NCBI GenBank assembly: GCA_964562805.1
Contig: CAZLUT010000001.1
Coordinates: 32,574-96,573 of the forward strand
Direction of reading: 5' to 3'
Length of the DNA stretch: 64,000 bases
DNA from: an uncultured bacterium
GTDB lineage: Bacteria; Omnitrophota; Omnitrophia; Omnitrophales; CAZLUT01
The notes beneath the pieces are model-generated. The model saw nothing but the letters and a program-made list of their open reading frames with translations, was not told where the DNA came from and made no database searches. Shown here one piece after another: positions 26,460 to 36,232 of the stretch; the first letter of the stretch is position 1, and every line of letters begins with the position of its first letter. The translations under genes and the position numbers were made by a program.

Positions 26460-26816
26460 ATGCATATTATTCTTTTACTAGTTTTAGGTCTTGCTGTCGG
26501 TATCTTTAGCGGTCTCTTAGGGGTCGGAGGCGGAGCTCTTATGGTGCCCATATTTGTCTATATTTTTAAGATGGATATGCATAAAGCCATCGGAACTTCA
26601 TTGGCTGTTATTATTTTTATCGCATTAGTAGGTTCTATTAAGCATTTTTTTGCCGGAAATGTTGAAGTTAAGAGCTTATGGCTCTTTATTATAGCGGCTC
26701 TTCTGGGCGGATGGCTTGGCGCTGCTTTGGCAACTGTTATGCCGGTAACCATATTAAAAAAAATATTTGCCATATTTCTATTATTTATAGCGGTATTTAT
26801 GTTTTTTAAAAAATAA
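26460..26816 (+). CDS. TauE/SafE (TSUP, DUF81) family membrane protein, 4-TM half-size unit
   Basis: LGLAVGIFSGLLGVGGGALMVP motif typical of the TSUP family; four hydrophobic helices. Confidence 0.65.
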   Translation: MHIILLLVLGLAVGIFSGLLGVGGGALMVPIFVYIFKMDMHKAIGTSLAVIIFIALVGSIKHFFAGNVEVKSLWLFIIAALLGGWLGAALATVMPVTILKKIFAIFLLFIAVFMFFKK

Positions 26817-26839
26817 GAAAATAGAATAAGGACTAAAAA

Positions 26840-27955
26840 ATGAAAGTACCCCCATTAGCAACAAATCGTGAATACGGGCAAATAGCTTCCGAACTCAATA
26901 GCGTGGTCCAGAAAGTTTTAGAGAGTGGGCAATACATACTAGGAGAAGAGGTTAAGAGTTTTGAAAAGAATTTTGCTGTCTGGGTTGGTGCGGATGAAGC
27001 TGTGGGTGTTGCCTCGGGAACGGATGCTTTAATTCTTAGTTTGCGTGCTTTGGGGATTTCAGGCGGCGATGAGGTTATTACGACGCCTTTTACTTATTTT
27101 GCTACAGCGGAGGCTATTGTAACAGTAGGGGCTAAACCGGTGTTTGTTGATATTGATCCCAAAACTTTCAACATTAATCCTGATCAAATTAAGAAAAAAA
27201 TTAATTCAAAAACTAAGGCAATTTTACCTGTTCATCTATATGGCGCGTGCGCTGATATGGATCCTATCGAGGAATTGGCGGCCAAAAATAAACTAGCTAT
27301 TATTGAAGATGCCTGCCAGGCACATGGCGCTACCTACAAAGGAAGGCGTGCCGGCAACCTTGGTACCACCGGCTGTTTTAGTTTTTTTCCAACAAAAAAT
27401 TTAGGAGCTTGCGGGGATGCCGGAATTATCACATTCAATCAACCGGAACTAAAAAATCATCTACTTTCACTTCGGATGCACGGAGCTTCCCAAGATGATA
27501 AGTATTTTCATGATGAATTTGGAATGAATTCTAGGCTGGATGAATTGCAAGCCGCTATCTTGAATGTAAAGTTAAAATATTTGGAAGATCGAATTGAAAA
27601 ACGAAGGCAGGTTGCGAGCTGCTACACCAGCGTTATTCAATCGCAAGCCGATTGGCTGCGGGCACCCGAAGCTCTGGAGAATTGCCGCCACGTCTACCAT
27701 CAGTATGTTATTCGAACGTCCTACCGGGACGCTTTTGAGGAGCATTTAAAGAAGAAGGGAATTAGTGCTACAGCCTACTATAAATACCCGCTTCATTTGC
27801 TGCCGCCTCTAAGTAAGTTAGGGTTTAAAAAAGGTGAGTTTCCTGAGGCTGAGCGCGCTTCCCAGGAAGTGCTTTCACTTCCTTGTTTTCCCCAAATGAC
27901 GGATGAAGAAATTGGTTATGTTTCGGAGGCTATTATTGATTTTAAGGCCTCATAG
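26840..27955 (+). CDS. DegT/DnrJ/EryC1/StrS family PLP-dependent sugar aminotransferase
   Basis: Family hallmarks GTDALILSL, FSFFPTKNLGACGDAG, YHQYVIR. Confidence 0.85.
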   Translation: MKVPPLATNREYGQIASELNSVVQKVLESGQYILGEEVKSFEKNFAVWVGADEAVGVASGTDALILSLRALGISGGDEVITTPFTYFATAEAIVTVGAKPVFVDIDPKTFNINPDQIKKKINSKTKAILPVHLYGACADMDPIEELAAKNKLAIIEDACQAHGATYKGRRAGNLGTTGCFSFFPTKNLGACGDAGIITFNQPELKNHLLSLRMHGASQDDKYFHDEFGMNSRLDELQAAILNVKLKYLEDRIEKRRQVASCYTSVIQSQADWLRAPEALENCRHVYHQYVIRTSYRDAFEEHLKKKGISATAYYKYPLHLLPPLSKLGFKKGEFPEAERASQEVLSLPCFPQMTDEEIGYVSEAIIDFKAS

Positions 27956-28021
27956 TATTTTTTGATAATTAAAGGCTAAGAAAGAGACATTTTAAAAAAC
28001 TTTGGTTAAAATCATTTTTGT

Positions 28022-28450
28022 ATGACAAATTCACCAAAATCAGAACCAACTTTTTTAAAAGTTCCAAGCGACCCAAGATACCTGAAACAAATAAGAGAAG
28101 AGGTTTCCCGGGTTGCCAAAGAAGCCGGTTTTGATGAGGAATGGCGCGGACGAATTGTTCTTGCTATCGATGAAGCGATTACGAATATTATCCGCCATAC
28201 TTATAATCGCGAGACTGATAAAGAAATTCATATTTCTTTACTGAATGATGAAAAGGCGCTCAGAATTACACTTCGCGATTTTGGAACAAAACCCGATCTC
28301 AATAAGATCTCTTCAAGAGATTTAAAGGATGTCCGTCCTGGTGGGCTGGGCTGTCACTTTATTAAAGAGATCATGGATGAAGTAACTTACGATATTGATT
28401 CGAACGAAATTGGTACTGAATTACGTCTGATCAAGTATAAAAAGTCCTAA
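28022..28450 (+). CDS. Anti-sigma regulatory factor (RsbW/SpoIIAB-like GHKL serine kinase)
   Basis: DEAITNIIRHTY N-box and GGLGCHFIKEIMDEV G-box; size about 140 aa. Confidence 0.7.
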   Translation: MTNSPKSEPTFLKVPSDPRYLKQIREEVSRVAKEAGFDEEWRGRIVLAIDEAITNIIRHTYNRETDKEIHISLLNDEKALRITLRDFGTKPDLNKISSRDLKDVRPGGLGCHFIKEIMDEVTYDIDSNEIGTELRLIKYKKS

Positions 28451-28496
28451 AGGGGCTCGATACAAAATTAGATTAATAAAATAGGGAGAGAGATCT

Positions 28497-28847
28497 ATGA
28501 AAGTAAATCAAAAAAACAAGGAAGGTATTGAAATCCTTGAAATACAGGGTGAAATCGATCTTTACGCGTCACCTTCTTTGAGGGAGCTTTTTAGCAAGCT
28601 GGTTGAGGGCGGGAAGCATCGCATTTTGGTTAATTTAAAAAATGTAACTTATGTTGATAGTTCCGGCTTAGCGACCTTTATTGAAGCTTACCAGAGGTTG
28701 TCAATGGTTGACGGACAGCTCGTACTTTCTAATTTGACTGATACTGTTAAAGGTGTTTTTGAAATCGCACGGCTTGAAGATGTTTTGAGTCTTGTTAAAA
28801 CCGAAGAAGAAGGCCTCGGGCTAATCAAAGAAAAAAGTGCTGACTAA
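28497..28847 (+). CDS. STAS-domain protein: anti-sigma-factor antagonist (SpoIIAA/RsbV-like), possibly MlaB-like
   Basis: YVDSSGLATFIEAYQRL with the phosphorylatable Ser in a DSSG context; the stop overlaps mlaE. Confidence 0.7.
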   Translation: MKVNQKNKEGIEILEIQGEIDLYASPSLRELFSKLVEGGKHRILVNLKNVTYVDSSGLATFIEAYQRLSMVDGQLVLSNLTDTVKGVFEIARLEDVLSLVKTEEEGLGLIKEKSAD

Positions 28848-29658
28848 TTTGAAAGACAATTTTAAAAAACTCGTAGGATTCTGGGGACGCAATACTCTTA
28901 CGTTTCTTTCAGATCTTGGGGGGATTTCCCGTCTTATTCGTGATGCGCTTTATTGGTCTGTAATTGCTCCTTTCACGGGGAAAGGCTTTAGGCGAGAAGC
29001 TTTTTTTAAAGAATGTGTAGAGGTTGGAAACCGTTCGCTTCCCATCGTAGCTCTTGTAATGTTTTCGATTGGTTTGGTGCTGGCATTACAATCAGCCTAT
29101 CAGCTTAAAAACTTCGGAGCTTTAATGTATACAGGCGCTCTTGTGAGCGTTTCAACAGCGCGGGAATTAGGACCTCTGATTGTATCAATTATAATTGCCG
29201 GCCGAATAGGCGCTGCGATCGCCGCTGAAATCGGCACGATGAGGACAGCCGAAGAAATTGATGCTTTGGACACTATGGCTATCAATCCTGTTTATTTTCT
29301 TGTGACACCAAAATTTTTAGCACTTTTTTTTATGGTGCCCTGCCTGGTGGCTCTTGGGGACTTAATCGGAATGTTTGGGGGATATTTTATTGGCGTGACT
29401 TCGCTCGGGATTGGATCTGAAATTTACATTGATAAAAATTTTGACGCTCTCGTGGTTAAAGATGTGGTGACAGGCCTTATTAAGAGTTTTTTCTTTGCTG
29501 CCACGGTTGCTTTTATTTCGTGTTTTAAAGGTTTGAGGGTAAGGGGCGGTGCCGAAGCGGTTGGTAAAGCGACGACGGACGCCGTTGTTATTTCAATTGT
29601 TATGATTGTGGTAGCAGACTGTTTGTTTACTGCTATCTTTTATTACGTATTTCCGTAG
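28837..29658 (+). CDS. mlaE: Phospholipid ABC transporter permease MlaE
   Basis: MlaE signature GPLIVSIIIAGRIGAAIAAEIGTMRTAEEIDAL. Confidence 0.8.
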   Translation: MLTNLKDNFKKLVGFWGRNTLTFLSDLGGISRLIRDALYWSVIAPFTGKGFRREAFFKECVEVGNRSLPIVALVMFSIGLVLALQSAYQLKNFGALMYTGALVSVSTARELGPLIVSIIIAGRIGAAIAAEIGTMRTAEEIDALDTMAINPVYFLVTPKFLALFFMVPCLVALGDLIGMFGGYFIGVTSLGIGSEIYIDKNFDALVVKDVVTGLIKSFFFAATVAFISCFKGLRVRGGAEAVGKATTDAVVISIVMIVVADCLFTAIFYYVFP

Positions 29659-29731
29659 AGATGAGTAACAAAGAGCATTCCACCGCACGTAGGTCACACT
29701 TAAGTGTGATCTACAAGGGGACAAAAAAGAG

Positions 29732-30532
29732 ATGAGTGACAAAAAAATTGTAATCAAAGTTCGGGATTTAGTTCAGGAATTTGATGGCCGCCGTGTTTTA
29801 GACGGTATTAATCTTGACGTTTATGAAGGTGAGACCCTGGTAGTAATGGGCGGGTCAGGATGCGGAAAATCAACATTCTTAAGAGCAGCCGTAGGTCTTT
29901 ATAAACCCACCGGCGGAACCATTGAGTATGAAGGTAAAAATATAATAGGACTTCCTGAAGAGGAATTGAAAGAAATTAAGAAAAAATTCGGCATTCTTTT
30001 TCAAAGCGGCGCTCTTTTTAATTCGATGACGGTTGGCGAAAATATAGCCGTTCCCCTCAAAGAACATACAGAGCTGGCTCAAAAAATTGTTGATATCATT
30101 ATTAAAGTAAAATTAGAACTTGTTGGTCTTACAGGCTTCGAACATCTGCTTCCTTCACAAATCTCGGGTGGAATGAAAAAACGGGTTGGCTTGGCCCGCG
30201 CTATTGCGCTTGACCCAAGAATTATATTTTATGATGAGCCGGGCGCCGGGTTAGACCCGATAACAGCCAGCGTGATTGATAAACTTATTATGGATCTCAC
30301 CAAAAAACTTGGCATTACTTCCGTAGTGGTAACCCATGAGATGAAAAGCGCTTTTCGAATCGCAAATCGCATGATCATGCTTCATCAGGGTAAAATTATT
30401 GCCGAAGGCACTCCTGATGAAATCAAGAATTCTAAGAATCCATTTGTTCAGCAATTTATTACAGGCTCTTTTGATGGGCCGATACCCTTAAAACGATCAA
30501 GTGAGGAATATCAGAAGAGCTTATTAGGTTAA
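29732..30532 (+). CDS. mlaF: Phospholipid ABC transporter ATP-binding protein MlaF
   Basis: Walker A GGSGCGKST, signature ISGGMKKRVGLARA, Walker B IIFYDEP. Confidence 0.85.
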   Translation: MSDKKIVIKVRDLVQEFDGRRVLDGINLDVYEGETLVVMGGSGCGKSTFLRAAVGLYKPTGGTIEYEGKNIIGLPEEELKEIKKKFGILFQSGALFNSMTVGENIAVPLKEHTELAQKIVDIIIKVKLELVGLTGFEHLLPSQISGGMKKRVGLARAIALDPRIIFYDEPGAGLDPITASVIDKLIMDLTKKLGITSVVVTHEMKSAFRIANRMIMLHQGKIIAEGTPDEIKNSKNPFVQQFITGSFDGPIPLKRSSEEYQKSLLG

Positions 30533-30594
30533 TTAAGTGACAGATTTAAAATGAAAAGTTATTATTCTGTTTTATAAATGAAAAAGAGGTGGAT

Positions 30595-31287
30595 ATGAGT
30601 AAGTATTCAAAAGATGAAGTCAAAACAGGCTTGTTTGTATTAGCGGCCGTTATTGTGTTTTTCTTTCTGCTTTTTATGATAGGGGCGTTTAGAACAACTC
30701 ACGGAACATATCCCGTAAAAATTTTATTTAATTTTATTTCAGGTCTAGAATCTGGAGCACCCGTCCGTTTTGGAGGGGCTGAGGTTGGTAAAGTTGAAAA
30801 AGTTGAGATTCTGCCCAGTCACGAAAAAGCCAATATTCAAGTAACTGTCTCTGTAGGTAAAAATATTGTTCTTCACGAAGATTCCGAAGTGTATATCGAT
30901 ACTCTCGGTCTCATGGGGGAGAAATATGTTGAAGTCACTCCGGGAACTATTGACTCTGGGATTTTAGAACCGGGCGCCACCTTAAAAGGACAAGATCCAC
31001 TCGCCATGCACACGCTCTACAAAAAAGGTATGGGCATTGCTAAAAAGTTGGATTCTACCTTGGTTGAGCTGGAAAGTTTGCTTGAAAATTCAAATGAGAT
31101 GATAAAGGAGAATCGTTCCGCCATTAAAGGAATCATTAATAACATTGAGCACGTTAGTGTTGATGCAAAGTCTTTGGCGGGAGACCTAAAAGCAAATCCT
31201 TGGAAACTCTTCTGGAAAACAAAGGAAAAGGATCCAAACGCGAAAACCGAAAAAAAAGAGCGGAAAAAATTTCTCGGGATTTTTTAA
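30595..31287 (+). CDS. mlaD: MCE-domain protein MlaD
   Basis: N-terminal TM helix followed by an MCE domain (YPVKILFNFISGLESGAPVRFGGAEVGKV); ATG at 30595 with an AGAGG box upstream. Confidence 0.75.
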   Translation: MSKYSKDEVKTGLFVLAAVIVFFFLLFMIGAFRTTHGTYPVKILFNFISGLESGAPVRFGGAEVGKVEKVEILPSHEKANIQVTVSVGKNIVLHEDSEVYIDTLGLMGEKYVEVTPGTIDSGILEPGATLKGQDPLAMHTLYKKGMGIAKKLDSTLVELESLLENSNEMIKENRSAIKGIINNIEHVSVDAKSLAGDLKANPWKLFWKTKEKDPNAKTEKKERKKFLGIF

Positions 31288-31311
31288 GAGCTCGAAAGGC
31301 ATTTTGAGCCA

Positions 31312-33390
31312 TTGAAAATCAAATTTTTATCTTTTCTTAAGAAAAAATCTTCTTCCAACCTAAAAGGTATTAATGCTCCCACTCTTAGTTTGGGAGCGGG
31401 TGCTGTCGTCAGCATTATCGTAGCCATTCTTTATCTTTTGGGTGTTTTTGGAGGGCTCGAGTCGCGAACTCTGGATTTTTGGATGAGGCTTCGCGGCCCC
31501 TTAAAAACAACTCCCGCTGTTCAAATTATCGGAGTTGATGATATTAGCTTGGGTGCTTTTGGCCGTTGGCCGTGGCCTCGTTCGTATCATGCCACACTTT
31601 TAGATATTCTCGCAGAACACAAACCCAAAACCGTTGTATTTGATGTTATCTTTGCCGAACCCACGGAAGATGGCTTTGAAGAAGATGAGGCTTTTACAAA
31701 ATCAATACAAAAATCGGGTAATATTGTTTTAGGCTCTTTTGTTAATCCGGTTAAGAAAAAAGGAGAGTATCGACAGGTAGCTGTAAGCAATGAATTGAAA
31801 CAATCTTTAATGAAAGACGCCATTATACCTGCCGGTAAAAGCCGTAAGTGGTTTAAAGGAACTGACCCTACTTTACCGGTAAAAGATTTTCATGAAGCAG
31901 CGCTCGGCGGTGGTTTTGTGAATGCTGTTGCTGACCTCGATGGAAAGATTCGAAGGATTCCCTTGGTGGTTGATTTTAACGGGGAGCTGTACCCCTCACT
32001 TTCGATGAGAGCATTGATGGCTTATTGGGGTATAGCCAAAGAAGATATTGAATTTGAACCGGGTAAATGGATCAGTCTAAAAAAGAGCGATGGAAGTTTT
32101 TATAGAATTCCCATTGATCAGGATGGATTTACGCGGGTTAACTATCCCGGCAGTTTTAGCGTATTTCCCGGCTATTCTTTTGCTCAATTAATGGCTGCCT
32201 ACTATGACGAAGAAAATCCGGAAGCTAAAGATATTTTTAAAACGTTTCGCGACTCAATTGTGCTGGTGGGAATTACAGCTACCGGCTCAACCGATTTAAT
32301 ATCAACACCTTTCAAGGCACTTGAACCCGGCATTGTAATGCACGCTGCCATTTTAAATAATCTTATCCAAGGTAAATTCATTCAAACTTTACCTGTCTGG
32401 ATCATCATTGTCCTTTTCCTTTTGATAGGCGTATTACTGGCTCATGTTATCCCGCGGGTATCTCCAGTATCCGCCCTTTTAATTGTATTGGCTGGATTTA
32501 TTTTTTATCCAGTTATTAATTATTTTCTTTTTGTTGGTTTAGACTGGTGGCTCCCGGTTATTTCAGTGCTGTGTATTTTAATTGCAACTTACTTATTAGT
32601 TGTCCTCATCCAGTTTCTGGCGGAAAGGCTCGAAAAACAAATCTTGCAGCAGGAACTTTCTATCGCTGAAAGAATTCAAATGAGCTTTCTTCCCAAGAAA
32701 CTCCCCTGTGCCGAGGGAGTTACCTTTGCGGCCGATACGGCTATGGCGAAACTTGTGGGAGGGGATTTGTATGATTTTATAACATTTGAAGATGAGACGA
32801 TAGGCGTTGCCATAGGGGATGTCTCAGGAAAAGGTGTGCCGGCCTCTCTTTATATGGCAAAAACCATCAGCGATTTCAGAACTATCGCCCGCACCTTAAA
32901 AGACCCGGCAAAAGTTTTGACCGAATTAAATTCAACTCTTGTCCAAGAGGGCGCCATGGGTATGTTCGTTACATTTTTTTATTTCCTTTTAGATTTAAAA
33001 AAAGGCCTCTGCCAGTATTCAAGCGCCGGGCACCATCCTCTTATGAGATGGGACCATAAGAATGGAGAGATTGTTGAATACAATACAAAAAAGGGCCGGC
33101 CCTTAGGCATTTTACCTTTTAAAGATTTGGATGAGGGAGTTATCCAAGTAGGAGACGGTGATTTGTTGGTTCTTTACACCGACGGGATTGATGAGGCAAT
33201 GAATACAGCCCGGCAAACTTTTGGGAAAGAAAGAATCAAAGAAATTGTTAAGACGCATTCCTGCAACCCTCCTAAAGAATTAATCCAAATTCTCCATTCA
33301 AAAATAAAAGATTTTATCGGTAAAGCTCCGCAGCACGATGATATGACTTTAATTGTTGCCCGCATTCATAAAAAGAGCGCTAATACTTGA
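31312..33390 (+). CDS. CHASE2 sensor domain plus TM region plus PP2C (SpoIIE/RsbU-type) serine phosphatase
   Basis: CHASE2 region (VQIIGVDDISLGAFGRWPWPRSYHA...VVFDVIFAEP); multi-TM segment 32390-32640; PP2C motifs GDVSGKGVPASLYMA and LVLYTDGIDEA; TTG start (start confidence low). Confidence 0.7.
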   Translation: MKIKFLSFLKKKSSSNLKGINAPTLSLGAGAVVSIIVAILYLLGVFGGLESRTLDFWMRLRGPLKTTPAVQIIGVDDISLGAFGRWPWPRSYHATLLDILAEHKPKTVVFDVIFAEPTEDGFEEDEAFTKSIQKSGNIVLGSFVNPVKKKGEYRQVAVSNELKQSLMKDAIIPAGKSRKWFKGTDPTLPVKDFHEAALGGGFVNAVADLDGKIRRIPLVVDFNGELYPSLSMRALMAYWGIAKEDIEFEPGKWISLKKSDGSFYRIPIDQDGFTRVNYPGSFSVFPGYSFAQLMAAYYDEENPEAKDIFKTFRDSIVLVGITATGSTDLISTPFKALEPGIVMHAAILNNLIQGKFIQTLPVWIIIVLFLLIGVLLAHVIPRVSPVSALLIVLAGFIFYPVINYFLFVGLDWWLPVISVLCILIATYLLVVLIQFLAERLEKQILQQELSIAERIQMSFLPKKLPCAEGVTFAADTAMAKLVGGDLYDFITFEDETIGVAIGDVSGKGVPASLYMAKTISDFRTIARTLKDPAKVLTELNSTLVQEGAMGMFVTFFYFLLDLKKGLCQYSSAGHHPLMRWDHKNGEIVEYNTKKGRPLGILPFKDLDEGVIQVGDGDLLVLYTDGIDEAMNTARQTFGKERIKEIVKTHSCNPPKELIQILHSKIKDFIGKAPQHDDMTLIVARIHKKSANT

Positions 33391-33454
33391 AAAGCTTATA
33401 AGATTACGTGACAATAGAACATAAGAGATATCCTTAAAAAGGAGGAAAAGCTTA

Positions 33455-34153
33455 ATGAAGCTAAAGAATGTTTTTTTAGTAAGTTTAATGATTGTTTTTT
33501 CAGGATTAATTATTTCCAATGTTTATGCGAAGCCTCAAACCGTCACTTTGGTAAAAGTCAAAGGGATTGTTGAGATTATTCCTCAAGGGATGAAAGAAGG
33601 TTCCGTAGGTGTTGCCGGAATGAAGCTCAAAGAGGGAGATACAGTTAAGACATACGATAAAAGTCAGGCTGAAATTGCTTTTGGAGACACCGGAACTCTT
33701 TACGTTAAATCCGAATCTAGTTTGACCATCAACCAAGCCGACGTAAAAGGAGAGGAGACGAAAACAGTCACTACTCTTCAGAATGGAAAGCTGAAGGCCA
33801 AGGTAAAAAAACTATCCAAGAACTCCAGATTTGAGACCCGAACACCCGTAGCGGTTGCCGCGGTGCGGGGTACGATTTATGAAATGTATGTGGGGGACGA
33901 TGGCGAAGCGATTATTCGCGTTTTGGAAGGTTCGATACGATTGACCAACAAATTCGGCGATGTGGTTACGATTGAACCGGGGCAATTTGTAAAAGTTGAC
34001 GCTAACGGGAAAATGGATGAGCCGGAAGCTGATACCAAAATGGATGTAAAAGACCTTGAAAAAGTTGAAGAAAAAGAGCTGAAAGAGGAAGTTGATTCGA
34101 GGAATTTGCAGGTCGAAGAGATTGAAGCGAGCCCCTCAGGCTCAACCAGCTAA
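33455..34153 (+). CDS. Secreted FecR-domain protein
   Basis: Strong SD AAGGAGG; signal peptide; FecR-like block TRTPVAVAAVRGTIYEM. Confidence 0.55.
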   Translation: MKLKNVFLVSLMIVFSGLIISNVYAKPQTVTLVKVKGIVEIIPQGMKEGSVGVAGMKLKEGDTVKTYDKSQAEIAFGDTGTLYVKSESSLTINQADVKGEETKTVTTLQNGKLKAKVKKLSKNSRFETRTPVAVAAVRGTIYEMYVGDDGEAIIRVLEGSIRLTNKFGDVVTIEPGQFVKVDANGKMDEPEADTKMDVKDLEKVEEKELKEEVDSRNLQVEEIEASPSGSTS

Positions 34154-34160
34154 AAGCCAG

Positions 34161-34210
34161 TAAATAGTAAATAGTGGTTAGTGAATAGTTTTGCTAACCA
34201 CTAACCACTT
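34161..34210. repeat. Intergenic repeat family copy C (palindromic pair forming a hairpin between convergent genes)
   Basis: AATAGTGGTTAGTGAATAG ... CTAACCACTAACCACTT forms an inverted pair; it supplies the last codons and stop of the minus-strand suhB gene. Confidence 0.65.
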
Positions 34211-34976
34211 GTCTAACAATCTTTAATACTTTCCCAAAAACATAAGGATTGGCGGCGATTGTGTCTTTCCTATAAATCGAGTGTTTTTCACCTTCAAAAT
34301 TACTTAGGCGACCGCCAGCCTCTTTAACAATAAGAGCGCCTGCTGCGATATCCCAAGGGTTTAACTGAGGTTCAAAATAAATATCAAACCGACCGCAGGC
34401 CACATAACAAAGATCTAGAGCGGCTGAACCAAAGCGCCTGATACCTTGGGTTTTTTTGAGAAAAACTTTTAAGAATTTTAAATAATAATCAGGTCTTTCA
34501 GTCCTATCATAAGGAAAGCCCGTCGCGACCAAAGAATGCTTGATAGTTTTTGTTTTTGATACATGAATTCGTTTTTTATTGCACCAAGCGCCTTTATTTT
34601 TCTCAGCAAAAAACAGTTCTTCGCGAAAGGGATCATAAATTCCGCCTATTTTAACGTCACCCTCATATTCATACGCGATTGAAACACAGGCTTGAGGCAG
34701 GTTGTGGGCAAAATTAGTGGTTCCATCTAAAGGGTCAATAATCCATTTGTGAGAACCCGCTTTTTTTTCCAGACCCGATTCTTCAGCGAGTATCGAGTGT
34801 GCCGGAAACTTCTTTTTAATAATTTTTAGAACAGCCCGCTCAGCTTTCATGTCTGTTTGAGTTACAAGACTGATGGGTGTTTTGAAAGAAATTTTCTTTT
34901 TTTGAAGAGACCCTTTTTTGAGTTCTTTGCCGGCAGCTAAAAGTGCCCCATGAAGCGTATTACGAATTATCGTCAT
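34194..34976 (-). CDS. suhB: Inositol monophosphatase family protein (SuhB-like)
   Basis: IMPase motifs DPLDGTTNFAHNLP and WDIAAGALIVKEAGG. Confidence 0.8.
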   Translation of the reverse strand: MTIIRNTLHGALLAAGKELKKGSLQKKKISFKTPISLVTQTDMKAERAVLKIIKKKFPAHSILAEESGLEKKAGSHKWIIDPLDGTTNFAHNLPQACVSIAYEYEGDVKIGGIYDPFREELFFAEKNKGAWCNKKRIHVSKTKTIKHSLVATGFPYDRTERPDYYLKFLKVFLKKTQGIRRFGSAALDLCYVACGRFDIYFEPQLNPWDIAAGALIVKEAGGRLSNFEGEKHSIYRKDTIAANPYVFGKVLKIVRQVVSG

Positions 34977-35107
34977 TAAAATCTTCTCATTTCCTTTAGA
35001 ATTCTTTTAAAGTCAAAAAACATCTGTTATGATTCCGACTCTATAGGACGCATTGTCTTGATTTTTGTTTAATTGTCAAATTAGGATATTTTAAAGAGGG
35101 AGAGCGC

Positions 35108-36205
35108 GTGAATCCAAAAACTTATAACGCAACTTTTATTACCGGGGATGGAACCGGTCCCGAAATCGCCGAGGTCACACAGAAGTGTCTGGATGCGACA
35201 GGAGTTCAATTTAATTGGGATATTCAAACGGCGGGCATTGATATTATGGAAGCCGAAGGCACTCCGCTTCCGGATCGGGTCCTGGAATCAATCCGAAAAA
35301 GCCATGTAGCGATTAAAGCTCCTATTACAACGCCCATTGGAAAAGGTTTTAGATCGGTGAATGTGGCTTTAAGAAAAGAGCTGGATTTATACGCTTGCCT
35401 CAGACCTTGTAAAAGTTATCCGGGAGTAAGATCTCATTATGAAGGCATCGATTTGGTAGTGGTCCGGGAAAACACCGAAGATTTGTATGCCGGGGTTGAA
35501 TTTAAAAAAGATGCCCAGGAAACCAAAGAAATTATTGCTGAAATTGATAAGCGTTCTAAAAGTAAAAAATTACGGCCCGATTCAGGTATTAGCATCAAAC
35601 CTATTTCTGTTTCCGGTACTGAGCGCATTGTTAAATTCGCGTTTGATTATGCCCAGAAAAATAACCGTAAGAAAGTAACGGCTGTTACCAAAGCTAATAT
35701 TATGAAGCATACGGACGGCCTTTTTTATGATGTGGCAAGAGAAGTCGCCAAGAAATATACCGATATCGAATATAGCGAAGTGCTCGTTGACAATATGTGC
35801 ATGCAGCTCGTTCAAAAGCCGGAACTTTATGATGTGCTTGTGCTGCCTAATCTTTACGGAGATATCATTTCAGATCTTTGTGCGGGGCTAGTCGGCGGTT
35901 TAGGAGTTGCTCCGGGAGGGAACATTGGTGATAAAGGCGCTGTTTTTGAAGCAACTCATGGTTCGGCTCCAAAATATAAAGGTCTTAACAAAGTGAATCC
36001 GACAGCCTTAATCCTTTCGGGAGTTATGATGCTGAGGTATCTCGGAGAAATGCAAGCAGCCGAGAGGCTCGAGAGTTCAGTGGCGGAAGTTATTAAAGAA
36101 GGCATCAATGTCACTTACGATTTAAGACCCGACCGCGGAGCGGATGGTAAGGCCGTGGGAACCCGAGAAATGGGTGAGGCGATTATAAAAAAGCTTAGAG
36201 CCTAG
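35108..36205 (+). CDS. icd: Isocitrate/isopropylmalate dehydrogenase family enzyme, probably NAD(P)-isocitrate dehydrogenase; GTG start
   Basis: Family signature [27 protein letters not shown]; sits next to mdh. Confidence 0.7.
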   Translation: MNPKTYNATFITGDGTGPEIAEVTQKCLDATGVQFNWDIQTAGIDIMEAEGTPLPDRVLESIRKSHVAIKAPITTPIGKGFRSVNVALRKELDLYACLRPCKSYPGVRSHYEGIDLVVVRENTEDLYAGVEFKKDAQETKEIIAEIDKRSKSKKLRPDSGISIKPISVSGTERIVKFAFDYAQKNNRKKVTAVTKANIMKHTDGLFYDVAREVAKKYTDIEYSEVLVDNMCMQLVQKPELYDVLVLPNLYGDIISDLCAGLVGGLGVAPGGNIGDKGAVFEATHGSAPKYKGLNKVNPTALILSGVMMLRYLGEMQAAERLESSVAEVIKEGINVTYDLRPDRGADGKAVGTREMGEAIIKKLRA

Positions 36206-36232
36206 AGCTAAGAGCTGAGAGAGGAGAGACGG

